A stretch of 64,000 nucleotides of DNA from Trichosphaerium sp. ATCC 40318. Taxonomy: Eukaryota > Protista > Tubulinea. Position 1 is the first letter of the stretch. Every line of letters starts with the position of its first letter. A program made the position numbers and the translations under genes. The stretch is taken from positions 1 to 64,000 of the forward strand of contig JALMLS010000598.1 of the NCBI GenBank assembly GCA_038496445.1, given 5' to 3'. The notes below the pieces were generated by a model that had not been told where the DNA came from, did not search any database, and worked only from the letters and a program-made list of their open reading frames with translations. Positions 62,801 to 64,000 of the stretch are shown in pieces.

Positions 62801-63770
62801 GTGTTTGCTTAACTTGGTTTAGGCTTGGCAAGCAGTTCAGCAGCTGACCGCTTGGGATAATGGTAACTCGAGAACGAACACATATTACTGGTAAGACAAC
62901 AAAGGCATAAACCGCATTGTGTTATTTGAACTAGAATACAACGTTCTTGTAACTTTTCTTTTGTCAATGTCGTGCTGTCTTTGTTCTAATTCAACCGTTA
63001 GGGTAGCAACAAGGCCCGGAAGTTCTCCAGGAGGTTCTTCAGGACCTGGAAGAATACCTATTGAAAGCTTTATTGGAAGAGAAGATACTTCAGCACCTAA
63101 TTTTGGTATGTTTGCTTTTCCGGCTGTTTTTATTTTTGACTGTAATTTTGAATATTGTGCTTCTATTAATACCCCTTTGTCCAGGTGGTCAATCATGCGG
63201 AAACCCACAAAGTTCAAATGACGGAAACCTTGCTGACTTACAAATAGCAAGCGACTCAGGGTTTCCAGGTGGATGCAATGTTGGTTGGGTTGACGCTGGT
63301 GAGAGTTTGTCTTACAATATTGCGTTCAGTTCAAGAACAAGTTATACTTTAAGTGCTCGTGTTGCTACTCCTGTTAGTGGTACCAAACGCTTTTCTGTAT
63401 TCGTTGATAACGTCAGAGTTGGTTCAGGACAATTTCAATCAACTGGTGGTGAGTTCTTTATTCCGTTATTTTCATATTTTTTTACATTTTTTTTCTTTCC
63501 TTTCTTTGTTGTTATGAACCTGGCGTACTCACTAGAAGTTTTTTGTTAACAGCCTGGCAAAATTATCAATGGGCTCATGTTAGTATGGGGACTGTTTCAG
63601 CAGGTAGTCATCAAGTAAAGATTGTGTTCGATACAAGTAGCTTCAACATGCACTTTTTTGAAATTGAACCAACTACTTCAGCAAGGAACGCAAATTCAAA
63701 CGCCATGTCACTGGTACCAAGTACTATTTTATCATTATTGATAGTTGTATTGTCTGTACTATTTGTATAA
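59814..63770 (+). CDS. GH81 endo-beta-1,3-glucanase, copy B: C-terminal CBM6-like module and GPI-type hydrophobic tail
   Basis: Same GH81 motifs as copy A, then [43 protein letters not shown] and [25 protein letters not shown]. Confidence 0.95.
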
Positions 63771-63887
63771 CGTTCAAAGACATAAAGCTTAGAAAGTAGC
63801 TAGTAAATCACTTAGGCTAATTGTTCAGTTTATTATTAGTTTAGCTGAAGCTCTACTTTGACTCAAACGAGTGATCAGAGTACAATT

Positions 63888-63990
63888 TTCAGGTATTCAT
63901 ACAATAGATGTATCCGGGCTAAAGCGATTACAGATGAAGGATTCGTCATAATCTGTTTACCCTTAGTGACAACTTCAATCAAAACCTAAA
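63888..63990 (+). pseudogene. Decayed LRR/FNIP-like fragment
   Basis: SGIHTIDVSG(fs)AKAITDEGF and TLSDNFNQNLN in broken frames. Confidence 0.5.
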
Positions 63991-64000
63991 TGACTGTCGA

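Noticed and set aside
1-64000. Alternative genetic code or stop-codon readthrough suggested by the fragmented ORF track
   Set aside because: In-frame stops fall inside short GT/GC-AG introns. Manual splicing of RLP24, XMAP215, Arp and GH81 works with the standard code, and genes end in TAA, TAG and TGA.
63995-64000. TGTCGA at the window edge matching the start of the MITE TIR, which could suggest a composite element around GH81 copy B
   Set aside because: Only 6 bp, expected by chance. It cannot be assessed without the next window.

Overview
Compact, AT-rich, intron-dense eukaryotic DNA, most likely a phagotrophic protist (the amoeba-like reading is inferred from gene content). It uses the standard genetic code. 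Most introns are ~35-60 nt GT-AG, with longer first introns, and several need GC donors or AAG acceptors. About 20 protein genes are recognisable after manual splicing: a carotenoid oxygenase 3' end, a C-type lectin, an unknown bacterial-like protein, AlkB, a divergent Arp, XMAP215/TOG, an SDR, a CocE/NonD hydrolase, an ankyrin protein, a secreted Pro/Thr-repeat protein, a NIT-domain membrane sensor, a PL8 lyase, a pepsin-like protease, a large CPBP membrane protein, two GH81 glucanases, F-box-MORN, BTG/Tob, RLP24, F-box-RasGEF and F-box-DUF1963. The most notable signals are: (1) F-box-like adaptors fused to domains of bacterial toxin-immunity type, with many spacers holding decayed MORN, LRR, FNIP, BACK or ankyrin relics; (2) a NIT nitrate/nitrite-type sensor with no catalytic output; (3) a 371-bp element with perfect 25-bp terminal inverted repeats; (4) a compositionally foreign 89-aa ORF with an A-rich tail; (5) strong over-representation of (A/G)TCACGTG, plus CpG-rich 5' ends and an intragenic CpG island; (6) inverted GH81 paralogues with gene-conversion patches and different anchors. 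Several one-base frameshifts fall in homopolymers and are probably assembly errors. All exon coordinates are manual. Family assignments rest on motif recognition, not database searches.
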